Below are positions 46,229 through 55,215 of a DNA stretch of 55,215 nucleotides, piece by piece; the stretch's first letter is position 1; each line of letters begins with the position of its first letter. Under the pieces are notes generated by a model. That model saw only the letters and a program-made list of their open reading frames with translations, was not told where the DNA came from and did not search any database. Both the position numbers and the translations under genes were made by a program. This stretch comes from Acidobacteriota bacterium (GTDB lineage Bacteria; Acidobacteriota; Vicinamibacteria; Vicinamibacterales; CAVVIG01), in the NCBI GenBank assembly GCA_046728115.1, contig JBKPDW010000110.1, positions 1-55,215 of the forward strand. Reading direction: 5' to 3'.

Positions 46229-48235
46229 TCACCGTTGCTCGGTCGTTGGTTTGACCGGACTCTGCAACAGATACTGATCGAACCACTCGAGGTTGTGCTC
46301 CATCGTTGCGCGATGGCTCTTCGGCTTGGATGGCCCGTGGCCGATCCCTTCGAAACCCTGATACACGATGAGTTTGGCCGGGACTTTGTTGTCGAGCAGA
46401 CCCCGGTACAACTCGTATGCGTTCGGCAGCGGCACGCGCTGATCGGTGGCGCCGTGCTGGATGAGCGTCGGCGTCTTTGCCTGCCGGATGTACGTGATCG
46501 GCGAGGTCTTCGCGTAAATCTCAGGGTCATCCCACGGTGTCGCCTTCAGGTACTGCCGCGTGAAGGGATGGATGTCGGTGTTGACGTAGTACGTCATCCA
46601 GTCCGAGATGCCCGCGCCGACCGAGATGGCCTTGAAGCGCGCCGCATCATGCGTCGTCAGGAACGCGGAGATGTAACCGCCCTGGCTCCAACCCATCGCG
46701 CCGACTCTGGCCGGATCCACCATTCCTTTCGCCACGAGCGCATCGATCCCCGACAGCACGTCCCATGCGTCGCCGACGCCGAGATTGCGGACGTTCAGTG
46801 AGCGGAACTTTTCGCCGTAGCCGGCACTGCCGCGATAGTTCGGTTCGAGCACGAGCACGCCGCGCGGCACCCAGACATCGATCGGATAGATCGCGCTCGT
46901 GAAGGGAACCGCGCGTGAAACGCCCGTGGGTCCGCCGTGAATGACGACCAGTAGCGGATATTTGCGCGAGGCGTCGTAGTCGAGCGGCTTGTGCAGCACA
47001 CCCTCGATGGTCGTGCCATCCTGGCTCTTCCACGACACGACCTCCAGCGTGCTTGTGACCCATGTCGCCGCCTGTGCGTTCATGTCCGTGAGTCTTTTGG
47101 GTTGGCCTGTCTTTGTCGCCGCCACGTACACGTCCGCCATCCCTTTTGCATCGGATCGCAGATACGCGTAGCTGCCACCGTCGCTCGAGAACGAGAAACT
47201 CGAATCGACTGCTTGTTCGGCCGGCGTGATCTTCGCAATCGCCTTGCTCGTCACGTCCAGGCGATACAGATGCGCATAGGTGTGCTCACTTGCCGAGAAA
47301 AACAGTCCATTTGCCTTCCATGCGACGATGCTCGGATCCTCGTCGAAGGTGGAAGTCAGAACAGTCGGCGAGCCGCCGGCAACGGGAATGGTCGCAATCA
47401 CATGGTTCGTGTAGTAGTAGGCCGGATTGGCCATCGAGGTTTCGAAGGCGATGCGGGTTCCATCGGGCGCCCATTCCGGATTCGAGTCGGGGCCGTCCTG
47501 CGTGACAAGCTTTCGAATCGCGCCGTCGGCCACCGCGACAATCGAAATGTCCGCGGTGCCGCTGCTGGAGGGGCTGCTGTTGACGCGGTGATCGAACGCG
47601 ATCATCGTGCCGTCGGGCGACCATTGGAACCTGCCCACCGTGAACGGTCCGCTGGTCAACGCGCGCGTCGCACGCGAAGCCAGATCGAGCACGAACAAAT
47701 GGGTCATGCGGTAGTCGTGCTCCACAACCTGGAACTCGCCGTATTTCTTTTCGCGCTCTTTGACCGCGGCGGATTTCGACTCGGTTGCGGTGTATGCGAT
47801 GCGCTTGCCGTCGGCCGACCAGGCAAAGCTGCCAATCCCATCCTCGAACGTTGTCAGCGCTTCGGCCTCGCCCGCGCGCGGGTTGATGACGTAAAGCTGC
47901 CGTTTGTCCGTACGGTCGGAAATAAATGCCAGCCGCGACCCGTCGGGCGACCAGGCCGGCGCTTGGCTCGACTTCTTGGCGTTCGTCAGTTGGAACGTCG
48001 TGCCCAGTGTGGTGTCGGCCAGCCAGATCTCGGTTTCATACGCGTTCTCGTCCCAGTTCGTGTCGCGGACCGTATAGGCGACATAGCGACCGTCCGGCGA
48101 AATCTCGGGCGAGCCCACGCGCTTGAGCGACAGGATCTGGTCCACGGAAGGCGCAAGCTTCGCCCCGCTCGGCTGTTGGGCCACGAGCGTCATCGCCGTG
48201 ACGATCGTGAACAAGAGCGTCGTAATCGTCTTCAT
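46229..48235 (-). CDS. S9 family peptidase (prolyl oligopeptidase/acylaminoacyl peptidase-like) with PD40 propeller
   Basis: Signal peptide; WSPDG repeats; HGGP, NYRGS.GYG, GWSQGG, D..VP, GHG. Confidence 0.94.
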   Translation of the reverse strand: MKTITTLLFTIVTAMTLVAQQPSGAKLAPSVDQILSLKRVGSPEISPDGRYVAYTVRDTNWDENAYETEIWLADTTLGTTFQLTNAKKSSQAPAWSPDGSRLAFISDRTDKRQLYVINPRAGEAEALTTFEDGIGSFAWSADGKRIAYTATESKSAAVKEREKKYGEFQVVEHDYRMTHLFVLDLASRATRALTSGPFTVGRFQWSPDGTMIAFDHRVNSSPSSSGTADISIVAVADGAIRKLVTQDGPDSNPEWAPDGTRIAFETSMANPAYYYTNHVIATIPVAGGSPTVLTSTFDEDPSIVAWKANGLFFSASEHTYAHLYRLDVTSKAIAKITPAEQAVDSSFSFSSDGGSYAYLRSDAKGMADVYVAATKTGQPKRLTDMNAQAATWVTSTLEVVSWKSQDGTTIEGVLHKPLDYDASRKYPLLVVIHGGPTGVSRAVPFTSAIYPIDVWVPRGVLVLEPNYRGSAGYGEKFRSLNVRNLGVGDAWDVLSGIDALVAKGMVDPARVGAMGWSQGGYISAFLTTHDAARFKAISVGAGISDWMTYYVNTDIHPFTRQYLKATPWDDPEIYAKTSPITYIRQAKTPTLIQHGATDQRVPLPNAYELYRGLLDNKVPAKLIVYQGFEGIGHGPSKPKSHRATMEHNLEWFDQYLLQSPVKPTTEQR

Positions 48236-48376
48236 ATATCCGCGAAGTATACGGCGAACAATCCAGCCCGGGGCGTGGACCGTAAGGGTAGGCAGGCGCG
48301 CGAGGCCGGGTGCGTTGACACCCATGCGCGCGTGCGAGTATAAGACGAAGGTTTTCAGTTTTTGAAGGAGATCACG

Positions 48377-48760
48377 ATGGTCAAGCTATTCGCCGGATGT
48401 GTCGCTGTTGCCTTCGTGCTCGCCCTCGGGGCGCCGTTGTTTGCCGCGACCGAGACCGTCAAGGGTCAGGTCGTCGATCAGACCTGCTACACGAAAGACC
48501 CCGCGAACAACGCAGGAAGCGATCACAAGATGCCGCAGGACGTGAAGGACTGCGCGGCCGCGTGCGCCAAGAAGGGAGCTCCGCTAGCTCTGCTGACGAG
48601 CGATGGCAAGCTCTACCAAATCACAGGCGGTCTCGCGGCCGACATGAATGCGAAGCTGATTCCTCACATCACCCACACTGTTGAAGTAACAGGCGAGGTC
48701 ACCGAAAAAGAGGGCAAGAAGATGATCGCCTCGGACAGCCTGAAGATGATTAGTCGGTAG
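48377..48760 (+). CDS. Secreted hypothetical protein with D..C / H / CxxxC motif
   Basis: AAGGAG SD; signal peptide; VVDQTCY..DH..DCAAACAKKG.P. Confidence 0.8.
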   Translation: MVKLFAGCVAVAFVLALGAPLFAATETVKGQVVDQTCYTKDPANNAGSDHKMPQDVKDCAAACAKKGAPLALLTSDGKLYQITGGLAADMNAKLIPHITHTVEVTGEVTEKEGKKMIASDSLKMISR

Positions 48761-48769
48761 GCTGGGGCA

Positions 48770-48820
48770 GGGATTCGGGATTGGGGATCAGCGGTTAGGC
48801 GTTAGAGTTAGGGTTAGTAA
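48770..48820. repeat. Degenerate 7-mer tandem tract
   Basis: GGGATTC GGGATTG GGGATCA GCGGTTA GGCGTTA GAGTTAG GGTTAG. Confidence 0.6.
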
Positions 48821-48827
48821 GTCACAG

Positions 48828-48862
48828 AAAGGTCGCGGTTTATCAGCCGAGGCCTTTTTTGT
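48828..48862 (+). terminator. Probable intrinsic terminator
   Basis: AAAGGTCGCGGTT..AGCCGAGGCCTTT imperfect stem followed by a T tract. Confidence 0.6.
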
Positions 48863-48892
48863 TGCGGCTATTGTACTAATGTATTAGTATAA
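48862..48892 (+). promoter_or_regulatory. Promoter overlapped by a palindromic operator (YtrA/GntR-type)
   Basis: TACTAAT-gt-ATTAGTA (48874-48889); TTGCGG-N17-TAGTAT; ATG at 48900 has no SD. Confidence 0.75.
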
Positions 48893-48899
48893 CTGTGCA

Positions 48900-49286
48900 A
48901 TGGGTCTGGTCACGCTCGAACCTAAAGACCCGACGCCGATTTACGCCCAGCTCGATCGCGGTCTGCGCGCCGCGATTGCGACAGGTCGACTGCAGGTCGG
49001 CGATCAGCTGCCGACCGTTCGGCAACTAGCCGTTGACCTGCGGGTCAATGCCAACACGGTTGCGCGGGTCTATGCCGAACTCGAGCGCGCGGGGATTCTC
49101 GAAACGCGTCGTGGCGTCGGGTCGTTCGTCGCTGCGCCGGGCGCACAGGCTCAACCGGCCGAGGAACACGCTCGCAGGCTCGATGCGTTCGTCACGCGCG
49201 TGCTTGCGGATGCCACGGCCGCCGGATTCGGTCTCGACGTTCTCGTCGCCGCGCTCGATGCGCGGCGACATTCCGCGGGCCGCTGA
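48900..49286 (+). CDS. GntR family regulator (YtrA subfamily)
   Basis: PIYAQL, GDQLPTVRQLA..L.VN.NTVARVY.ELE..G..RRG.GSFV; short C-terminal domain. Confidence 0.93.
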   Translation: MGLVTLEPKDPTPIYAQLDRGLRAAIATGRLQVGDQLPTVRQLAVDLRVNANTVARVYAELERAGILETRRGVGSFVAAPGAQAQPAEEHARRLDAFVTRVLADATAAGFGLDVLVAALDARRHSAGR

Positions 49287-49308
49287 GGCTCGCGCAGGAG
49301 GAGTCCTC

Positions 49309-50235
49309 ATGGTTCCCGTCGTGTTCGCTCACCGTTCGGCGGAAGCCGCTGAGCGTTTGCCACGGATGAACATCGTGGCGATCGCGATGCTGCTGGGCTC
49401 GCTCGTCATCGGCGCCCTGGGAGTGATTGCGACCGCGAGCCCAGTGCCCATCGTCGTGATGGCCATCGTGGGCGTGATTGCCATGCAGTCGCCGCGAATC
49501 GCTCAGCAGTGGGAGCGTGGGATCGTGCTGCGCCTTGGCCGATTCATCGGACTCCGGGGGCCAGGGCTCTTCTGGATCGTGCCGTTCTTCGACTCGGTGT
49601 CGTCATGGATCGATCAGCGCACGATCACCACCAGCTTCGCCGCCGAACAGACACTGACGTCGGACACCGTGCCGGTGAACGTCGATGCTGTCCTCTTCTG
49701 GATGGTGCACGACGCGCAGAAGGCCGCGCTCGAAGTGCAGGACTACGGTCAGGCCGTGAGCTGGGCGGCGCAAACGGCACTCCGCGACATCATCGGACGC
49801 ACGACGCTCACCGACCTGCTGCGCGGGCGCGAACGTATCGAGTCGGAACTGCAGCAGCTGATCGATCAGCGTTCGAATCCGTGGGGCGTCACGGTTCAGT
49901 CGGTCGAGATGCGTGACGTAGTGATTCCTGGCGCCCTCCAGGACGCGATGTCGCGCGAAGCGCAGGCCGCCCGCGAGAAGCAGGCGCGCATCATCCTCGG
50001 TCAGGCAGAGATGGAGATCGCCCATTCCTTTCAGGAAGCGGCGAAGGCGTATCACGAGAATCCGACGGCCCTTCATCTGCGGGCGATGAACATGCTGTAC
50101 GAGGGCCTCAAGGAAAAAGGCGCGCTCATGCTGATCCCGAGCAGCGCCGTCGAATCGATGGGGATGGGCGGGCTGCTGGGAGCTGCCGCCATTCGCCAGC
50201 AGTCGCTGACGGGCGGTGACAGCACTGCGGAGTAG
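49309..50235 (+). CDS. SPFH/Band 7 (slipin/stomatin-like) membrane protein
   Basis: AGGAGG SD; two TMs; QWERGIVLRLG, Q.LTSDTVPV.VDA, AQTALR..IG, AM...A.A.RE. Confidence 0.93.
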   Translation: MVPVVFAHRSAEAAERLPRMNIVAIAMLLGSLVIGALGVIATASPVPIVVMAIVGVIAMQSPRIAQQWERGIVLRLGRFIGLRGPGLFWIVPFFDSVSSWIDQRTITTSFAAEQTLTSDTVPVNVDAVLFWMVHDAQKAALEVQDYGQAVSWAAQTALRDIIGRTTLTDLLRGRERIESELQQLIDQRSNPWGVTVQSVEMRDVVIPGALQDAMSREAQAAREKQARIILGQAEMEIAHSFQEAAKAYHENPTALHLRAMNMLYEGLKEKGALMLIPSSAVESMGMGGLLGAAAIRQQSLTGGDSTAE

Positions 50236-50289
50236 TGTCCGGGTTGCAGCCGGACCGAAATCGGAACCGGGCGCAATCGGAGGTGCACC

Positions 50290-50394
50290 ATGCCTACGAA
50301 CACCGTCGATCGTTCTCCACAAGTCATCTGGTTCTGGCTGGCCATCGTCGGCATCATCCTGATGCTCGTCGGCTGGTATCGCTGGGCGTTCTGA
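50290..50394 (+). CDS. Small single-pass membrane protein MPTNTVDRSPQVIWFWLAIVGIILMLVGWYRWAF (34 aa)
   Basis: GGAGG SD 6 nt upstream; one hydrophobic helix flanked by Trp/Tyr; not in the ORF track. Confidence 0.7.
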   Translation: MPTNTVDRSPQVIWFWLAIVGIILMLVGWYRWAF

Positions 50395-50450
50395 GCCACG
50401 CGACCTGCCGCGCCGTGGCTCGCGCGGTGCGCGCACGAGCGAGGGCGGGT

Positions 50451-50480
50451 GTGAACCTTTCGGCCCGCCGCGCGTAATAA
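50451..50480 (+). promoter_or_regulatory. Possible ECF-sigma promoter upstream of the ADOP permease
   Basis: GTGAAC-N16-CGTA, resembling ECF -35 GAAC / -10 CGTA consensus. Confidence 0.3.
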
Positions 50481-50518
50481 TCCCGGAAAAGGGGCCCGTA
50501 CCCTTTGCCGGGGGTTCC

Positions 50519-52984
50519 ATGCTCGATTGCTGGTTTCAGGACTTTCGCTACGCTGCTCGACTGCTGCGCCGCAACCCAGTCTTCGCTCTGACGGCGGCCC
50601 TGTCACTGGCCATCGGCATCGGCGCGAACACCACGATCTTCACGGTCGCGAATGCGCTGCTGTTCAAACCTCCCCCGGGCGTAGTCGACGCCTCCCGTCT
50701 GGTGGACGTCGGGCGATCGCAGGACGGACAAGGCTTCGACAACAGCTCGTATCCCAACTACCTCGACATCCGGTCGCGCAACACCGTCTTCGACGGCATC
50801 TATGCCGCTCGGTTCGGTGGGGAGCCCATGAGCCTGGGCGGGCCCGACGGTGCCGACCGGATCTACGGCAACCTCGTGACGGCGAATTACTTCAGCGTCC
50901 TGGGAACACGCCCCGCGGTTGGGCGGTTCTTCTCGACAAGCGATGGCGAGCAGCCGGGGAGTACGCCGCTCGTCGTGCTGAGTCATGCGTTCTGGATTCG
51001 TCGCTTCGCCGGCGATCCGTCGGTCGTCGGCCGGCAGCTTGTGTTGAATGGGCGGCCGTTCTCGATCGTTGGTGTCGCGCCAGAGGGATTCCACGGTACG
51101 ACGGTGCTGACGTCGGACATCTGGGTACCGCTGACGATGGTGGCCGAGGTGATGCCTCGACAGTCCGGGTCCATACTTACCAGTCGCCCTTCGGTCTGGC
51201 TGGTAATGGGGGCACGCCTCAAGCCGGGCGTGATGGTGCCACAGGCCCAGGCGGAGCTGGCCACCATCGGCCGCGCGCTCGAGCAGGAATTTCCCGACGA
51301 CAACCGGGGAAAAGGCCTCCGCGTCGTTCCACAGTCGCCGATTCCCGGCAACGGCGCCCCTGTGGCAGCGTTCTTGTCGATCCTGATGGGCATCGTCATG
51401 CTGGTGTTGGCGATTGCCTGCGCGAACATCGCCGGCGTGCTATTGGCCCGGGCAACGGCACGGCGCCGCGAAATCGCGGTGCGCATCGCAATCGGTGCAG
51501 GCCGCGCGCGTCTGGTCCGCCTGATGCTCGTCGAGACGTTGTTGCTGTTTCTCATCGGCGCCGCCATTGGCCTGGCGCTGGCGCGGGCGATGACGACGCT
51601 GCTCGTAGCGTTGCTGCCGGCGCTGCCCCTTCCGGTCGACATGTCGCTGCCGCTCGACGCGCGCGGCGTATCCTTTACTGTCGGCCTGACGCTGATCGCG
51701 GCACTGCTGGCGGGCCTCGCTCCCGCGTTGACTAGCTCGAGGGCCGACGTTATTCCCGCGCTCAAAGCCGATGTGCAAGGCGGGCCGGAGCGCCAACGAC
51801 TGCGCAGTGCCTTTGTCGTGGCGCAGGTGACCTTCGGCATCGTCCTGGTCGTGGGCGCCGGGTTGTTCGCGCGCGCGATGCAGCACGCGGCGCAGATCGA
51901 TCCGGGCTTCGATCCGCACGGTGTCGAGCTTGCGTCGCTCGATTTCGCGCTCGCCGGCTACACCGAGGCAAGCGGCCGGCTTTTCGCCAACCAACTGGTC
52001 GAGCGCGTACGCGCGCTGCCGGATGTGCGATCGGCCGCGCTCGCTGCCATCGTGCCGCTCGGACTAGGCGGCCTGGGACTCGGCGGGCTCAGCGTGCCTG
52101 GTGTGCCGCCGCCGCCGGGGCGGCGGTTCTTCTCCGCCGACTGGAACGTCGTCACGCCCGGCTACTTCGAGACGATGAAGACCGCGCTGACCGCAGGCCG
52201 GGATTTCATCGCCGCGGATCGCGCTGACTCGCCCTCAGTCGTCATCGTCAACGAGACCGCGGCGCGGCAGTGGTGGCCGGGAGGAAGCGCGATCGGACAG
52301 ACCCTGCTGCGGCAGGACGGTCGGCCCGAGGCGCCGGATGCCATGCGTACGTTGACCGTCGTCGGCGTAGCGCGCGACGGCAAGTACCGCAGTCTGGCCG
52401 AGGATCCGCGCCTCTTCGTGTACGTGCCGCTCCAGCAGCAATACCTTTCTCAGATGACGATCGTCGCGCGATCGACGACCGACCGGCGGCTCGCGAGTCA
52501 GCTTCGCGCAGTGGTTCGGTCGTTGAATCCGAATCTGCCAATCCTGTCTGCGCAGACGCTCGACGAATACGCGAGGCTCGGCCTCGTCCCGCAGCAGGTG
52601 GCCGCGTCGGTCACTGGCAGTCTCGGCCTCGTCGGTCTGCTGCTCGCCGCGATTGGCGTATACGGTGTGACGGCGTACATGGTGACGAGCCGCACGCGCG
52701 AAATCGGGATTCGCGTCGCGCTCGGCGCGCAACCGCGTGACGTGATGCGCATGATCGTCGGTCACGGGCTGGTTCTGACGCTCGCTGGTGCCGCAATTGG
52801 GCTGTCGCTCGCGGCGGTGGCCGCCAGGTTGATTGCCTCGCTCCTGATCGGAGTGGCGCCGGTGGACTTCGTCACGTTCGCCAGCGCCACCGTGCTGTTC
52901 GTCGTGATTGGCGTCGGCGCGTGTCTCGTGCCGGCGCATCGCGCCCTGCGCGTCAACGCGATCGAAGCGCTGAGATGCGAGTAG
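50519..52984 (+). CDS. ADOP-type (MacB-periplasmic/FtsX duplicated) ABC permease without an ATPase domain
   Basis: QDFRYAARLLRRNP.F..LAIGIGANTTIF; two FtsX repeats R.REI..R.A.GA; C-terminal PA.RA..V....ALR.E. Confidence 0.93.
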   Translation: MLDCWFQDFRYAARLLRRNPVFALTAALSLAIGIGANTTIFTVANALLFKPPPGVVDASRLVDVGRSQDGQGFDNSSYPNYLDIRSRNTVFDGIYAARFGGEPMSLGGPDGADRIYGNLVTANYFSVLGTRPAVGRFFSTSDGEQPGSTPLVVLSHAFWIRRFAGDPSVVGRQLVLNGRPFSIVGVAPEGFHGTTVLTSDIWVPLTMVAEVMPRQSGSILTSRPSVWLVMGARLKPGVMVPQAQAELATIGRALEQEFPDDNRGKGLRVVPQSPIPGNGAPVAAFLSILMGIVMLVLAIACANIAGVLLARATARRREIAVRIAIGAGRARLVRLMLVETLLLFLIGAAIGLALARAMTTLLVALLPALPLPVDMSLPLDARGVSFTVGLTLIAALLAGLAPALTSSRADVIPALKADVQGGPERQRLRSAFVVAQVTFGIVLVVGAGLFARAMQHAAQIDPGFDPHGVELASLDFALAGYTEASGRLFANQLVERVRALPDVRSAALAAIVPLGLGGLGLGGLSVPGVPPPPGRRFFSADWNVVTPGYFETMKTALTAGRDFIAADRADSPSVVIVNETAARQWWPGGSAIGQTLLRQDGRPEAPDAMRTLTVVGVARDGKYRSLAEDPRLFVYVPLQQQYLSQMTIVARSTTDRRLASQLRAVVRSLNPNLPILSAQTLDEYARLGLVPQQVAASVTGSLGLVGLLLAAIGVYGVTAYMVTSRTREIGIRVALGAQPRDVMRMIVGHGLVLTLAGAAIGLSLAAVAARLIASLLIGVAPVDFVTFASATVLFVVIGVGACLVPAHRALRVNAIEALRCE

Positions 52985-53007
52985 GGAACGCTTCGGCTTC
53001 AGCGACG

Positions 53008-54999
53008 TTATCGCGCGATTCCCGCCGTTGTCGCACCTGGGCGTTTCACGACGGTCACCGTGATCTGCGACGGATACTGCTTCGAGTGATGCACGGCATT
53101 GTGCGCCACAATGCCCTTCGCCTCGTCGTAGTTGTTCCCGCCGGTGTTCAGGTTGCGGTCGAAACGCGGGAAATTGCTGCTTGACACCTCGATTCGCAAC
53201 CGGTGCCCCGCTTCGTAGTAGTTGCTCGTATTCAGCGGCTGCAGCGCGACCTTGTAGACCTTGCCGGACGCCATCCATACAACCGGCTTGTCGTACCCCT
53301 CGCGATAACGCATCCGCTGAATCGACTCGTCAAGGTTGTACGCGCGGCCATCGGGATAGACATCCAACACTTTCACCGTGAAATCGGTGTCCTTCGCATC
53401 CGACGAGACGTACAACGTCGGCGTGATCGGTCCGCTCACCTCGGTACCGTCCTTGAACGGCTCCGAGGTATAGACGAGGATGTCGTCGCGCGCTTCCATA
53501 CGGCGTTGATCGAAGGCGCCGGCCTGCACGGCGTTGCCCGTGCAGCAAACGTTGCCGCCGTAAGACAGCACAGGGTTCATCGGGTCGTAGGTGAATGCGT
53601 CCGGTTTGTCGGTCTCGGGCGCCGATGGGACAAGCGCACCGTCGCCGGACACCGAGTTCGCTTTGCTGCCGCTGGCCAGGTAGAACGTCAACGGCTGCGC
53701 GCCCGCCGGCGGCCACGTCTCTGACGTCTGCCACTTGTTGAGCCCCATCGTGTAGTACGTCACCTTTGCCAGCGTGTCGAGACGTGTGTTCTTCTCACCC
53801 TTCAGGAATCGATCGAAGAAGCCGTAGACGATCTCGTTGTAGTCGAGGCGCGCGTCGCCCATGCTGCGCTCGCCAACGATGGTGTTGGCCGTGGCGCGGG
53901 TGTAGGCGCAGTGTCCAACAGGTGCGATGACGGCCCATTGCTGAGCGGCGATTTCCGGCGAGGCGGTCTTTCGAACGTGGTTGTAGAGCTCGAGGTTGGG
54001 ACCGATCGACACGTCGTACCACGACATGAACCACAAGCCCGGCACGTTCAGCTTCATGTCGTCGTGGTACAGACCGCCGCGATACCACGCGGCATCGTTC
54101 GGTATCCGTTGAATCATTCGCCCGCCGGTTTCGACCGGCATCGCGTCGGCGAAAATGCCGTGTGGCGCATCGACCGCTTTCAGGATGTCCTGCTCCGGCA
54201 GGTGCCACAGCGCCTGCGACCAATCAATGGGCGGCAGATGCTGACCGAGGTCGAACGACTTCGACACGCGAATGAGATCGTCGCGCGACGTGTTGGCCGG
54301 CAGCATCGGCCGGACCTGATTCTGTTCGCCGTACAGCCAGGTGATGAACAGCATCTGAACCGCGCCGCCGCGATACCAGTTGCCTTGCTCGTAGTACGGG
54401 CCGACGCGTCCCACGCCGGCGCCGAATCCCTGGACGTTCATCGCTGCGTATCCGGGATGACCAAGCGCGGCGATCCCCATCTGGTACTCCGCGGTGGAAG
54501 AGCACCCGGTCGTCCCGACTTTGCCGTTCGACCACGGCTGCCTGGTCATCCAGTCGATCGCGTTGTACCCGTCGCTTCGCGGCGCGCCGAGAATGTCGTA
54601 GTTGCCCTCGGAGAAAAAGTGACCGCGCTCGTTTTGAAGGACGTACGCGTAGCCGCGTTTCACGGCCGCCAGCTGCGCGCTCATGTCGGCCGGGACACCG
54701 TTGTGCACGTCCCAGAAATTGAAATTGTACGGCGTCCGTACCCAGATGATCGGGACCTTGTTCGCCGGTCCGGCATTCTTCGGCCGATAGATGTCGGTCG
54801 CGAGCCTCACGCCGTCGGGCATCGGCATCATCACTTTGCGTTCGACGATCGCCAGCGACTGCAGCTCGTTTTCGATATCCCATCGCCGCGCCTTGTCCGC
54901 AGCCGACAGCCCGTTCTGCTGCTGCGCGCGGACCAAGGCTGTCGCCATGATCATCGACACGAGCCCGGCGATGACGACCCTGCGACCTGGCATGATCAT
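53008..54999 (-). CDS. CocE/NonD family (S15-like) alpha/beta hydrolase; start 54999 or 54993
   Basis: [34 protein letters not shown]-terminal jelly-roll [13 protein letters not shown]. Confidence 0.92.
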   Translation of the reverse strand: MIMPGRRVVIAGLVSMIMATALVRAQQQNGLSAADKARRWDIENELQSLAIVERKVMMPMPDGVRLATDIYRPKNAGPANKVPIIWVRTPYNFNFWDVHNGVPADMSAQLAAVKRGYAYVLQNERGHFFSEGNYDILGAPRSDGYNAIDWMTRQPWSNGKVGTTGCSSTAEYQMGIAALGHPGYAAMNVQGFGAGVGRVGPYYEQGNWYRGGAVQMLFITWLYGEQNQVRPMLPANTSRDDLIRVSKSFDLGQHLPPIDWSQALWHLPEQDILKAVDAPHGIFADAMPVETGGRMIQRIPNDAAWYRGGLYHDDMKLNVPGLWFMSWYDVSIGPNLELYNHVRKTASPEIAAQQWAVIAPVGHCAYTRATANTIVGERSMGDARLDYNEIVYGFFDRFLKGEKNTRLDTLAKVTYYTMGLNKWQTSETWPPAGAQPLTFYLASGSKANSVSGDGALVPSAPETDKPDAFTYDPMNPVLSYGGNVCCTGNAVQAGAFDQRRMEARDDILVYTSEPFKDGTEVSGPITPTLYVSSDAKDTDFTVKVLDVYPDGRAYNLDESIQRMRYREGYDKPVVWMASGKVYKVALQPLNTSNYYEAGHRLRIEVSSSNFPRFDRNLNTGGNNYDEAKGIVAHNAVHHSKQYPSQITVTVVKRPGATTAGIAR

Positions 55000-55026
55000 G
55001 GTTGGATGATACCGCAGAAGATCGCG

Positions 55027-55215
55027 TCAGCTCGTCCTTCTGACGTACAGACTCGCCCCGCCCCCCTTCAGACAGAGGGGCATCGTCTTTCGAATGAAAT
55101 CTTCGAAAACCTTCTCAACGTAGGATGTGAAGAAAACGATTTCCCACGCGTTGTTGTAGGAGAGAAAAGCGCGAAGAAAGTAAACCTCGTTCCAGTACCG
55201 CCCTTCACGTAACCA
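55027..55215 (-). CDS. C-terminal fragment of a class I SAM methyltransferase (Methyltransf_24-like); 5' part outside the window
   Basis: Hand translation WLREGRYWNEVYFLRAFLSYNNAWEIVFFTSYVEKVFEDFIRKTMPLCLKGGGASLYVRRTS*; WNE.Y.LRAFL..N..EI and MPLC.K..G.SL pattern; missed by the ORF track. Confidence 0.7.
   Translation of the reverse strand, partial: WLREGRYWNEVYFLRAFLSYNNAWEIVFFTSYVEKVFEDFIRKTMPLCLKGGGASLYVRRTS

Noticed and set aside
54990-55080. Apparent frameshift in the terminal methyltransferase fragment
   Set aside because: Recounting the G run (six G on the minus strand) gives a continuous frame ending ..KGGGASLYVRRTS* at 55027
1-55215. tRNA, rRNA, riboswitch, integrase or transposase genes
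   Set aside because: None recognisable by eye; a covariance-model scan (tRNAscan-SE/Infernal) would be needed to exclude small structured RNAs

Overview
A GC-rich (about 65% by spot counts), densely coding chromosomal segment. Gene content (ADOP-type orphan permease, kinase-TPR protein, many secreted peptidases/amidohydrolases) suggests Acidobacteriota, probably Vicinamibacterales-like; this is inference. In order: the end of a YbhG/F/S/R-like ABC efflux operon with TolC (1-5848); an AAA-type ATPase; a tightly coupled + strand operon of STAS-DUF4956 fusion, two-HKD PLD-fold protein, OprO/P-type porin and two tandem CotH-kinase paralogues (7135-13262), converging on an intact/degenerate thymidylate-kinase-fold pair; a minus-strand glycan cluster (GH-A/GT2/TM/NHL multidomain protein, ABC exporter, two GT-B proteins, PIG-L deacetylase, Trm112-like methyltransferase; 14693-24854); a his operon (hisI-G-D-C-B-H-F-A, no hisE) under a complete His-leader attenuator that the ORF track missed; modABC with an HTH-TOBE regulator; MFS; M28 peptidase; Ser/Thr kinase-TPR; amidohydrolases; S9 peptidase; a GntR-SPFH-small membrane protein-ADOP unit; a CocE/NonD hydrolase; and the 3' end of a lower-GC methyltransferase. 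Intergenic regions, and one CDS, carry degenerate 7-mer and 9-mer periodic, often palindromic repeats. I saw no rRNA, tRNA, CRISPR array, integrase or transposase. The best candidates for undescribed systems are the CotH/DUF4956/PLD/porin/TMPK-like (putative polyphosphate/phosphate) locus and the GH-GT2-NHL glycan synthesis and export locus. All family calls come from motif recognition by eye; no database search was run.
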